A program made the translations under genes and the position numbers. 64,000 nt of DNA from Amoebophrya sp. A120 (Eukaryota > Protista > Dinoflagellata), in NCBI GenBank assembly GCA_905178155.1, contig CAJINV010000007.1, forward strand, positions 466,020 through 530,019, given 5' to 3'. How positions within the stretch are numbered: the stretch's first letter is position 1; every line of letters starts with the position of its first letter. Of this stretch, positions 48,124 through 57,830 are shown one piece after another. Below the pieces are notes generated by a model that was not told where the DNA came from, made no database searches, and saw only the letters and a program-made list of their open reading frames with translations.

Positions 48124-49108
48124 ATAGAGGTCGGAAGGAAAAGGCCTTTATTGCGTGTAGACACCCGCTGGAAACTACAACTACAACTTGTTGAGTACTT
48201 TACTTTTCTCTCACTCGCGTGATTGAAATCGGCTTTGTCTACTGTGCCTCTATCTACAGTATCCTCTTTAGCGCAGTAGCATTTGATGCGGCCACGAAAG
48301 AGGGCAAAAATTGTCTCACTTCGTTTTTTTAAGCACGACTTGTTTCTTCTTCTTTCCTTTCCTTCATCATATCGGAGCTTTGTTGCAATTTCATTTCCAA
48401 TGAAGTTCGACATTTTGACTTTCCTGTGCACAACTGGTTTCTAATTTTACTCTCTCATAATTCTCCCACGATGATGGCTCTTCTAGTGGGAAGATTCTTC
48501 TAGGACTCGAAGTGCAAGACAAACAAGCCCCGACTCTTGAAGTGAAAGATGCGAGTGGGCTTCTTGAAGTGGTGAAAGATGGTGCCAGTCGCTAGTGCTT
48601 GTTTTCATCGCAGTTTCCTGAATCGTGCAGCTCGTGCGGATTGTTATCTGTTTACCGTCTTCACGCATTTTCGTCCATTTTCCGATCGTCCCATTCATCG
48701 TCCATTTTCAGATCGTTGCGGTGGCGTTTATTCCGCTGCAAAGTGAATGTAGTGCACAGCAGCTCGCGCCTGGCCTGGGCGTCTTCGATGCTCATGGTCG
48801 TTCTCGTTGTCTTACCTAGAAACCCTTGGCAGCTGTAATTGTTGTTCTGATCAAACTTCTACAGGCTCCTTCTCCACAATTCAACTACCCTAGCTCCTTC
48901 CCCTCGTGCCCGTTCGCACCCCCATTTAGGACGACATCCAGGGGAAGTCGGGCTGATATGCATTATTCAAGCTTTATTCCAAATTCCCGTCTGAGTACTA
49001 CGCTCGGACGTTGTTCCATTCCCCCATTTTCAGCGAGTACTGTAAACCCAGGATTGGATTTGTACGTCGTAACTAACTTCTGATACGACCCCTAGGAGGA
49101 CGGAAACA

Positions 49109-50599
49109 ATGAGCAGGACCACTGCGAAGACAACCCCTTCCTCGGGTGGACTTCTCACGAGTCTTCTCTTCAAGCAGATCGGCGTTCTACTCGGTAGTAG
49201 AACGCAACACCTTTTTCCGGCACGACCGTCCTCTGGATGTTGGATTGGTTTCATTTTCGATTTGCTATTTGTTTCTACTTCCCTTTATTCACCATCTGTC
49301 TCCGACGTCTGTGGCTTTCAGTTGGTGGCGAGAAAGCACGAGGATCATCACGGTACGGGTACGGAGCGAAGAGATAGAGAAGAAGTACAGGGACGAGGTC
49401 TTGATGCAACGACAGGAGGACCACAGGTGTTACAAGACGTGGAGAACCACCGCCGGGGCCCTGACGTTCATTCATCCCACCAGCAGCAGCGAGACGAGAG
49501 AACTACTGCCAGAGCAAAGGCCGACGAAATTATATCACGACACGCAGATTTCGATTTGTTTTTACTACCACACAGCACTACAAGAAGGACCACCACCACC
49601 AAGCCTGCTGCAGCGCTAGGTGTAGTTCAGTCGGCCGATGAAGAAGTACAACTCCACCTAGCGCCGGACGAAGAACATCGAGAGCAAGTGGACACCACGG
49701 CTGCGACCGCTTTTCTGTCCTCAGCGGTATCTGCTGGTCATGTCTACTCTTCTGCAGCGACACCATCCGAGTACACTGGCGTCACCTACGAACAAATCGG
49801 GAACGGGTGGTGCGCTAAAGCCGGCGCGACATTGGATTATCTGTTCGTGGCGGAGGTCACCGAGGAAGTGTGCGAGCGGTCCTGCACGAATAATGCTTGG
49901 GTCGAGGCGTTGGAAGACCAAGCTGCCTATCAGCTGGAAATATGTCTGGGTCTGGAAACTTGTGATGCATGTCAGTGAACAGAAAGCGCGCTGTAATGCA
50001 TCGCCAAGCATGACAGCGTTTCTCGTGGCTCTGTGTTGCGTATTCCGCATGAGAAACATCGTTTCGCATGACAGACAAGAGGAGGTCTTCGTGGCCACGC
50101 AATACAGAGTTTTGAGTCATGCCAAACTAGCATGAGAAGTCTTGCAATCTTTCAGACCTAGACATATTTGTAATGCATACTGCCTGGGAGGCGAAAGCGA
50201 ATACCCGCGAGTCCTGGACCGCTTGGAGGGAAGAAAACCCAATTACCACCTGCACGGGCTACATGTATTCGGGAAATTGCATGACATTTCAGAACGTGCG
50301 CCCCGACGGCGTCGCGCACACAAACACGGGGTGGGACGCGTATGCCTGCAAGCGGAAGACGGAGATGATTGTGTCGTGGGATAGTGTCGGCCAAGGGTGG
50401 TGCGGTACCGATGCGGGAGCAATTACGGGCGAGATTTTTGTCTCCAACCTGTCCTCTTTTGAGTGCGCGCAATCCTGCGCCAACAATGCGTGGGTGGCAA
50501 GTCTAGGGGACGACCAGGCGGCCTGGGAGCAAGAGTTTGGCGTCTCGTGGGACGCATGGACGCAAAGCAAGCCGATAACTGGAACCTGCACGGCGTACA
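49109..50599 (+). CDS. Secreted protein with tandem PAN/Apple-like Cys/Trp-rich repeats, cut off by the Penelope-like insertion
   Basis: Two repeats G.GWC…FV…C..SC.NNAWV..L…AW…W.AW….PI…CT.Y; joined over element 49928; runs into a family B left end at 50600. Confidence 0.7.
49928..50179. mobile_element. Introner, family E
   Basis: TIR; TSD ctgcc. Confidence 0.9.
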
Positions 50600-51207
50600 T
50601 ATCACTTGCAAAAGTATCGTACTCCTATACATGCATTGCAAATTTCCTCAGCATGAGAAATAAAATTTGTATTGCGTTTGTACCTTAAGAAAAATGCAGC
50701 AATTACTACGAGNNNNNNNNNNNNNNNNNNNNNNNNNNNNNNNNNNNNNNNNNNNNNNNNNNNNNNNNNNNNNNNNNNNNNNNNNNNNNNNNNNNNNNNN
50801 NNNNNNNNNNNNAGATGATGAAAAAATGCTCTTTCCCGCGAACCGTGCAACAACAGTTTTTTCGCTCTTTGAGAACAGTAACAGGATAAGCAGCAGTTAC
50901 TACAAGGTAGATTCGTATGGACTTTCCCGATGTTCTAGCACTTCTTTACGTTTGGAAAACTTCGTTCGTCTTTACACTTCGTCGCTTTAGTGAGATCAAA
51001 CTGTCTCCGGAATTTGCCTAGATATTTTAGCTTTGCGGGTAATATCTAAAATCTCTGATCTTTATAAAAAAGTAAAAAGAAATAAAAACTGATTAACACC
51101 ATAGAAAATCGTAAACTTATTACGCCTTAAACTGCTCACTATATTTTACATAAACGCATGCAATTTTGGAACTAAATCATCAAAACAAGTGGGCGAGAAA
51201 ACAAATA

Positions 51208-53271
51208 ATGGCGCTGGCAAATCGAAGACCGCCGGCAGACAGTGGAGCCGGTAAAGGATACGGAGGAGGAAAGAACTATTTTGGTGGAAAAGGAGGCGGA
51301 TACAACCAGTTCCAGTACAATGAGCAACCGCCCGGGGGATGGAACAACGACGCCGTGGAAGCAGTTTCGGAAGAGAAGTTTTTCGGAAAGCTTACCTATT
51401 ATCCGATTGCAGAAGGACGGAGCACCAGAGACGTCAGCCTCCTGGGAAAAGTCCCGCGCGAAATGATGAACACCCTGAAGATCCTGGACCCAGCCTACCC
51501 CGAGCTAACAATCCCGAAATATTGCCCACTACCAGTACCCAGATTCGCTGTAGGACATGTCGCGGCACTGGTAGCGAAACTGGATATGGTAAAAGAAGAA
51601 GACCAGAGGAAGATGCTCAGCGCCATGAGTACCATCAGCAGCCGCGCCTTCTCGAAAATTGTCGGGCCGGAACCGGATTGGTATGACAAAATCGACTGGG
51701 AAAAGTGTGTTGATGGGCCGCCGCAGGAAACGGAAGAAGTCGCTCCGACTACTAGCAGTAGCAGCAAGGAGCCCGCTGGGATCCCGAAGGAATTAGTGGA
51801 CTTGATCAAGAACCAGAACAAGAAGATCGAGGAGCTCCAGCGCGTACAGTTCAGCAAGAAGGGAGAAGAAGCCGGGACTACGAGCAAAGGAGGAAAAGGG
51901 AAACAGCTCGTGCGCCGCGACGCTGTGGCTTTGCCGACGAAGAAAGACGGGAAGGGAAAGGGCGCGGGGAAAGAAGGTGGGAAGAATAAGGGAAACAAAG
52001 ACGTTGAGATGGCCTCGACGGTTTTAGAGGTGCCGCCAGAAATTATTCAACCCTCCACCAGAGCCTTGAACTTGCGACCGCGACCGAATGAGAAAGAACA
52101 GGGCGAAACAGTAGCAGAGAAGGACGGCGAAGAAGAACACGAGCACGCGGAGGAAGACCAGGCCGAGGGCAAGAAGAGAAAGCTGAAACTGCAGGACACC
52201 CCCGTGCTACCACCACTGCCAAAAACCCCTGCGGAAGAAGCTGCGGAGCGGAGTACGGAGAACGCCAAAAAAGCAGAGAAAAAGGAATTTGTCAACTTCA
52301 ACTGGGAAGCTTACCTGGAAGACGAGTGGGAAGCAGCAGCAGAAACCTGGAAATGCCTTGAAGAAGAGAGCAGCCAGAAGCTTTCGGATGTAGGAGTGAA
52401 AACCGGAGCACATGCCGCAAAGACCTCTTTTGACATGTGGAAGCCCAAGCACATGAAGAAGCCGGAAACTTTCGCCAAGTACATGATGCGGAGCGTCACA
52501 AAAAAGGTGAAGGAAGCGGGGAAGATCTTGCCGGAGATCAATGTGGGGTCGTTGCAGGCTTCGGTGCAGTCTACGCTCACTGGAGATAAAACCGGTCTCT
52601 ACCAAAAGTGTTTTTGGCACGAAGACTTCCGCAAGCACTTCATGCTCCTTGGAGCAGAATCGTACAGCTTTGTGAAGGACACGGACGAAGGAGCAGTCTG
52701 GGTAGAGAAGCAGAGCTTTGGCAGAATCGGGTTGGCTATCAGGGTGATGGAGATTCTCGACTACAGCATCAAGGTCGAAAAAGCCAGCAAGATGCAGATC
52801 GACGACGGAGATGACGCAGACCTCGCGGAAAAACACTCCATCGGCAATTTCGGGAACTACGCAGAAGAGGACGAGATTATTAACCTGGATTCAGATGACG
52901 AGGTGGATGTGGATTTTTTGGAACAGCAGTTTGACGACGATGAACTGGATGTGGGCGATTTGGTACCGAATGACGACGGGAATTTGGAAAAAGCTAAGAA
53001 CAATAAATCGAACAGCAGCAAGAACGCCCTGAACTGCAACAAGACCTGGGAGTACGAGGATGAAGTGGAACAGGAAACAAACAACAGGACGAGCAGCAGC
53101 AGCAACAGCAACAGCAGTGGGAACAACAAAACAAGCAGCAGCAACACCAGCAACAGCAGTGGGAACATCAACTCCAACAAAACGGGAAAAGAGGAGAATG
53201 CGAATGACTGGAACAAAGAGTACTCGAAAGAAGAATGGGACGCATGGATGAACGGGAAGTGGGAGGAGTAG
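51208..53271 (+). CDS. Retroelement ORF1-like protein (Gly/Lys-rich, short coiled coil, acidic and Asn/Ser-rich C-terminus)
   Basis: Uninterrupted ~690-aa ORF inside the terminal repeats; no introners; no recognisable catalytic motif. Confidence 0.75.
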   Translation: MALANRRPPADSGAGKGYGGGKNYFGGKGGGYNQFQYNEQPPGGWNNDAVEAVSEEKFFGKLTYYPIAEGRSTRDVSLLGKVPREMMNTLKILDPAYPELTIPKYCPLPVPRFAVGHVAALVAKLDMVKEEDQRKMLSAMSTISSRAFSKIVGPEPDWYDKIDWEKCVDGPPQETEEVAPTTSSSSKEPAGIPKELVDLIKNQNKKIEELQRVQFSKKGEEAGTTSKGGKGKQLVRRDAVALPTKKDGKGKGAGKEGGKNKGNKDVEMASTVLEVPPEIIQPSTRALNLRPRPNEKEQGETVAEKDGEEEHEHAEEDQAEGKKRKLKLQDTPVLPPLPKTPAEEAAERSTENAKKAEKKEFVNFNWEAYLEDEWEAAAETWKCLEEESSQKLSDVGVKTGAHAAKTSFDMWKPKHMKKPETFAKYMMRSVTKKVKEAGKILPEINVGSLQASVQSTLTGDKTGLYQKCFWHEDFRKHFMLLGAESYSFVKDTDEGAVWVEKQSFGRIGLAIRVMEILDYSIKVEKASKMQIDDGDDADLAEKHSIGNFGNYAEEDEIINLDSDDEVDVDFLEQQFDDDELDVGDLVPNDDGNLEKAKNNKSNSSKNALNCNKTWEYEDEVEQETNNRTSSSSNSNSSGNNKTSSSNTSNSSGNINSNKTGKEENANDWNKEYSKEEWDAWMNGKWEE

Positions 53272-53460
53272 CACAGTAGTGCAGTTCTGGTTCTGGCAAT
53301 ATTAAAAAAGCAAAAATAATAAAAAGTAAAAAATTTTTTAAAAAAACAAAAAACAGCAGCAGTAATCCGCTTCGCACGTGCACAACAGATCTACATCGAG
53401 CGCCATTTTGGCAGCAATAACAACGACGACTTCTCGCCCACTTGTTTGAATTGAAGAAAT

Positions 53461-56400
53461 ATGATGATGAGAACTAACAGAACAGTACCGCTTTACCCAC
53501 TCTCGCTGAGAGTAGGCACACGCACGTGGATAAACGTTTTGCACCTTATCCGCAACAAAATCCGAGATCTAGTAAGAAGAGGCCCGCACACGTACACCGA
53601 CAACATGTGCGCGACCACTCAACAACTTATAGTAGCAATGAAAAGCTACGCTTTTGCACGAACAGCAGCGCCACGGGGGCAGTGTAACTATTGCAGACAA
53701 ACAAACCGATGCAGCTGCGTAGTCACCTTCGACTATGACAAAAGAGCAAAACAAGTAACCTACTCCACCAACAGATTCCAAGCCGAGAACCTGCCCGAGC
53801 CTTGGGCAGAACAATGCAGAGACAGCAGACCACTACCAGCGCCGAGAATAGGAGGGCGACACTTCTTGCCAGTGTTGAGAGATTCTCTTTTCAGCCTTGA
53901 CCAATGGATCGCCAGGGCGTTCCTGGACAAAAGCGACACACATTTCTGCAGGACCCTACGAAACAAACTGGAGATTTGTTGCGCGGCAAACGAAGACGAA
54001 CGGGAAGAAGGAGAAAACGAGGAGGGAGTTATCTACCTCGCCTGGCGTCCGGGAACGCGGTCGACTTACATCGGACAAACCATTCAGCACAAGAAGACCA
54101 GATGGAAGTGCCACTGGTCCGAGAAGATCAGCGAGTACCGTGATGGACGGGGGTGCGCGTTCCATCGAAAAGAGCTGGCTGAGTACTTGTTCGTGAGAGT
54201 GATGCGAGCGCGAATAGTGGAGTCCACGCCGCTGAAAATGGCCGAGATGATGTTGATCGGGTATTTCAATGCAACGGCGAACACGATGGAGAAAAAAGCG
54301 AGCGCCAAGGGCAAAAAGTACGGGGGAATTCGGAAAACGATCATCATGACCGCCAGAACCTGCAAGGAATTCCGCTCGACGAGACGAAGAAGAGAAGGAG
54401 GAGAGCACAGAAGCCCAAGCGACAAAATTCCGAAGGAAGCGGCGCGGATTTTGAGGACGAGGAACCTGAAAGAGGTTGGCTACAAGTTCCTGAAGCTCAT
54501 TACGAGGCTGTCACTGAGACTAAAGGAGCCGCCCCGACACGTTCAGACCGCCCTCACGAATCTCAACACTAGACAGGTGATCGCGCTGGACAGATATGCG
54601 AGGCGGATTTTGGCCGATGGGAAATACCTGATGTTCCAGCACCACCTCAAATGCATACGAGGCGAAAAAATAGCAGCAAGAATAGCCACGGTCGAGCTCT
54701 TCGACACATCACCAGAAGCAATCGGGCCGCTTCTCTCGATCTACAGCACGATGGCGCAGAGGTACAAACATGAAGGAACAGGAGAAGGAGATGTCATCAT
54801 CCGGATAAAGAGAAAAAAGTGCGCCCGAACGCATGACTTTTTCCGAACCCGGCTGAAAAACTGGCATGGCCTATTGGCCTACTGGGAGCAGACAGGACAA
54901 GACGCACCATGTCACTGCAAGAAGATCAAAGAACTGTACCCAGATGCCCCCCTCGTTGATGGACATGTGTGCTTTTCAACAAAAACGCTGCCGCTGCTAA
55001 AACCGGGAAAAGACCCAACCTGGAACAAGCTCGGCAGGTTCCACCCGAACAGAAACGAAACAGAGAGGCACTTTGCAGCAGCCAGAAAGAAACTAGAAAA
55101 AGCGATCGGGACGAAGGTAATAAAGCTAGACGGGAGAGCAGACAGATGGGCGGCCGAAAAATCAGTAGACTGGACGTGGGTACAAGATAACCGAGTTACT
55201 GTCGACGACATTGACGCGAGCCTGCTGGCCTTTTCGAGAGCGAATATTCTGTACTGCGACGAAGTAGACAAAGACCCCGAGAAGCAGCTTTTCTTCTCTT
55301 GCAACAGGTTGATGCAGAGAACGATGAAAAAACACACCGAGGAGTACGAGAAGGTGCCGGGGTGGTTCGGGTTGACGAGAAAAGACGAAGCCGGCGAGTT
55401 TTTCAGCTTGCACAAGGATGGAGGAACTTCGATGAGAGCCAGCAGGCGACACAGGTTGCCCTTCCTGCGCATCCTGTTCAAGGCACGTTTTATCAACAAA
55501 CTACAACGCGATGACTTCCTTCCGTGGCCCGATGAAGGGATAGCCTACCGCCCGCTGACATCATATGCCGGGCATTGTTACAAGCGAATTCTATCAGCAG
55601 CAGCAAAAATAGCCAGAAGGATAATCGAACCAACGGCAAGACGAACAACTTTTTATACGCAGCGACAAGTAGTGGAAGAAATTGAAAAAATCAACCGACA
55701 CTTCGCAGAGACAGGGAAACAAGACGAGGAGCTACAGCTGGACACGGGAGACCTGAAAGATTTCTTCACGCGTTGCGACACAGCGGATTCGACGAGTTTC
55801 CTGGGAGGTTTCACTAGCTCCCTGGAGAACAAGGGGGTGAAATACATCGCCATGGAAGCAGACCACATCCTCCGAGAAAGACTAGATGTTCACCGAGACC
55901 GACCAAGACTGCGCGGAGGGATGGAGGAGCTGTACAGAATCGAAAAGCCAAAACCGCAGAGGAGATTTCAGTACCTGAAGAAGAAACCGGGCAAGGGAAT
56001 AACCTGGATGACGCCGAGTTTTGTGAAGGAGGTGCTACAGCTAGATATCAACTTTTGCTATGTCCGATGTCTAGGACACATCCTCCGCCAAACTACTGGC
56101 GGGCCAATGGGATCCCCTGCAATGGTCGAAATCAGTAACGTGTTTGGCTACAAACATGAAAGAAGTAGTAGTGCAATCCTTGGCTTGCTGCTGTACAAAA
56201 GATACATTGATGACATTCTTCGGGTGCGAATAGCGAAGAAGAATAGCCAGCGCCAGCCCCTTGCGAACATATACCCCGGCTGCCATGTGAAGAACACGAC
56301 GGCAGAAGAAGAGTTTTGCGGCATGAAAGCCACATGTGACGGAAGAAAAATACGCACGATGGCCCTGCCGAAGAAGAAAGGGGTTCCAGAAAAAAGCAAC

Positions 56401-56475
56401 ACAAGCCAGCAGCAAAGACAAGGAATTGCATACGGTAGAATAGTTTATGAAAGAATGTTAGAAACTAGTGCATAA
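53461..56475 (+). CDS. GIY-YIG endonuclease plus Penelope-type reverse transcriptase
   Basis: GVIYLAW…TYIGQT…RWKCH…EMMLIGYFNATAN (GIY-YIG); RT motifs YRPLTS, TGDLKDFFT, LRQTTGGPMGSP, KRYIDDIL, EFCGM. Confidence 0.9.
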   Translation: MMMRTNRTVPLYPLSLRVGTRTWINVLHLIRNKIRDLVRRGPHTYTDNMCATTQQLIVAMKSYAFARTAAPRGQCNYCRQTNRCSCVVTFDYDKRAKQVTYSTNRFQAENLPEPWAEQCRDSRPLPAPRIGGRHFLPVLRDSLFSLDQWIARAFLDKSDTHFCRTLRNKLEICCAANEDEREEGENEEGVIYLAWRPGTRSTYIGQTIQHKKTRWKCHWSEKISEYRDGRGCAFHRKELAEYLFVRVMRARIVESTPLKMAEMMLIGYFNATANTMEKKASAKGKKYGGIRKTIIMTARTCKEFRSTRRRREGGEHRSPSDKIPKEAARILRTRNLKEVGYKFLKLITRLSLRLKEPPRHVQTALTNLNTRQVIALDRYARRILADGKYLMFQHHLKCIRGEKIAARIATVELFDTSPEAIGPLLSIYSTMAQRYKHEGTGEGDVIIRIKRKKCARTHDFFRTRLKNWHGLLAYWEQTGQDAPCHCKKIKELYPDAPLVDGHVCFSTKTLPLLKPGKDPTWNKLGRFHPNRNETERHFAAARKKLEKAIGTKVIKLDGRADRWAAEKSVDWTWVQDNRVTVDDIDASLLAFSRANILYCDEVDKDPEKQLFFSCNRLMQRTMKKHTEEYEKVPGWFGLTRKDEAGEFFSLHKDGGTSMRASRRHRLPFLRILFKARFINKLQRDDFLPWPDEGIAYRPLTSYAGHCYKRILSAAAKIARRIIEPTARRTTFYTQRQVVEEIEKINRHFAETGKQDEELQLDTGDLKDFFTRCDTADSTSFLGGFTSSLENKGVKYIAMEADHILRERLDVHRDRPRLRGGMEELYRIEKPKPQRRFQYLKKKPGKGITWMTPSFVKEVLQLDINFCYVRCLGHILRQTTGGPMGSPAMVEISNVFGYKHERSSSAILGLLLYKRYIDDILRVRIAKKNSQRQPLANIYPGCHVKNTTAEEEFCGMKATCDGRKIRTMALPKKKGVPEKSNTSQQQRQGIAYGRIVYERMLETSA

Positions 56476-57830
56476 CAGTCCAGAAGTAACAGGTTCCTGC
56501 CGCCGCGCACTCCGATGCCTCGACCTTGTTATGGAAGACACGCAGAAGTCTTGCTCTTGCACAACGACCTCGACGAAGGACATCGATGACAAACACTTGG
56601 GAGGACGATGATTAGTAAAAATAAAATAAAAAAACAATAAAACGCCTGGATAAAACCGACAAAAAATAGCACGTGCAGCAGAACGCCTCGAAGTCCGAAA
56701 ATGCTTATCTTTCCCAGTGAGCCCCGGTGCAGCTGGAAAAAGAGAAGATGATGATGTTGTTGTGCTAGAAAAAATGTGAACGTACTGGAAATNNNNNNNN
56801 NNNNNNNNNNNNNNNNNNNNNNNNNNNNNNNNNNNNNNNNNNNNNNNNNNNNNNNNNNNNNNNNNNNNNNNNNNNNNNNNNNNNNNNNNNNNTGGACTTT
56901 CCCGATGTTCTAGCACTTCTTTACGTTTGGAAAACTTCGTTCGTCTTTACACTTCGTCGCTTTAGTGAGATCAAACTGTCTCCGGAACTTCTATTTCAGA
57001 TTACGCATGAACGTATTTGCAGCATCACAAACTGTTTCGCTTTAACCGCGCTCTTGATCGAGCTGCAGCTGTGCACCAACTTCGATTCCGAAACGATTAA
57101 AAACAGATCATGACCAACAAGAAACTATACAGAAAACTCCGTAGAATTTGAGACCGACTTCAGCGTTGGGAGGAGAACCAACTAGGGACAACGAACAAAG
57201 TATTTTGAAAGCCAAACGAGCGGAAACGTGAACGATTCCTGACGAAAAATGCACAATTGTAAAAGCAAAAAGCAACCTTGTATGTAGATAGTCCAATCAG
57301 TCCCGGGTCTGAAGAATATGCCGCAGTGATTCACAATGGAGTTCGCAATTTGGGTTCGGTTTACGCGGTGCGGAATAAATGTAACAACTAGCCGATAAAT
57401 GTAGCAGCTAGACAGAAGTAAAATGGTTCGTTTTGGTTCCGTTCTCCGTTCATAGTGCTCGTCGTCCCATTTGTCCGTCGTCCACGTGTCGTTCTTAAAT
57501 TCGTGGCACACTGTCGTCCACTTGCCGTCCTTTCGACGCCGTTCAGTTGATCGACCTTGACCAAAGTTGTACAGCTTCCAGCCGTGTTGGTACGTACTAG
57601 CTCCATGAAACAATCCGTATTTTCACTATATTCAAACGAAGCTGCATAGTTGTACTTGTCGTTCTGGTTCTCCTCCTTCTTCCTCCAGGGAAACAAGCCT
57701 TCAATGGAAACTGAAAGTACTACATCCCTTTTGATTTTTCTCACGCCCCTTCGCTAGGAGTAAGAATACAACTTATCAGGATCATAAAAGTACCTGTTTA
57801 ATACCCGCCGGCCGTAGATCTTCCTCCAAG

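Larger units (their letters stand above)
50700..56987 (+). mobile_element. Penelope-like retroelement with permuted (GIY-YIG before RT) architecture, two ORFs and direct terminal repeats
   Basis: Identical 95-bp direct repeats at 50918-51012 and 56893-56987 (both near N gaps) flank two intron-free ORFs. Confidence 0.85.

Noticed and set aside
5866-50179. Recurrent ORF peptides such as KCKNVWVWK and FQTQTFLHL
   Set aside because: They are translations of the family E TIR, not a protein motif.
53269-53461. Readthrough fusion of PLE ORF1 and ORF2 (same frame)
   Set aside because: Additional in-frame stops lie in the A-rich spacer.
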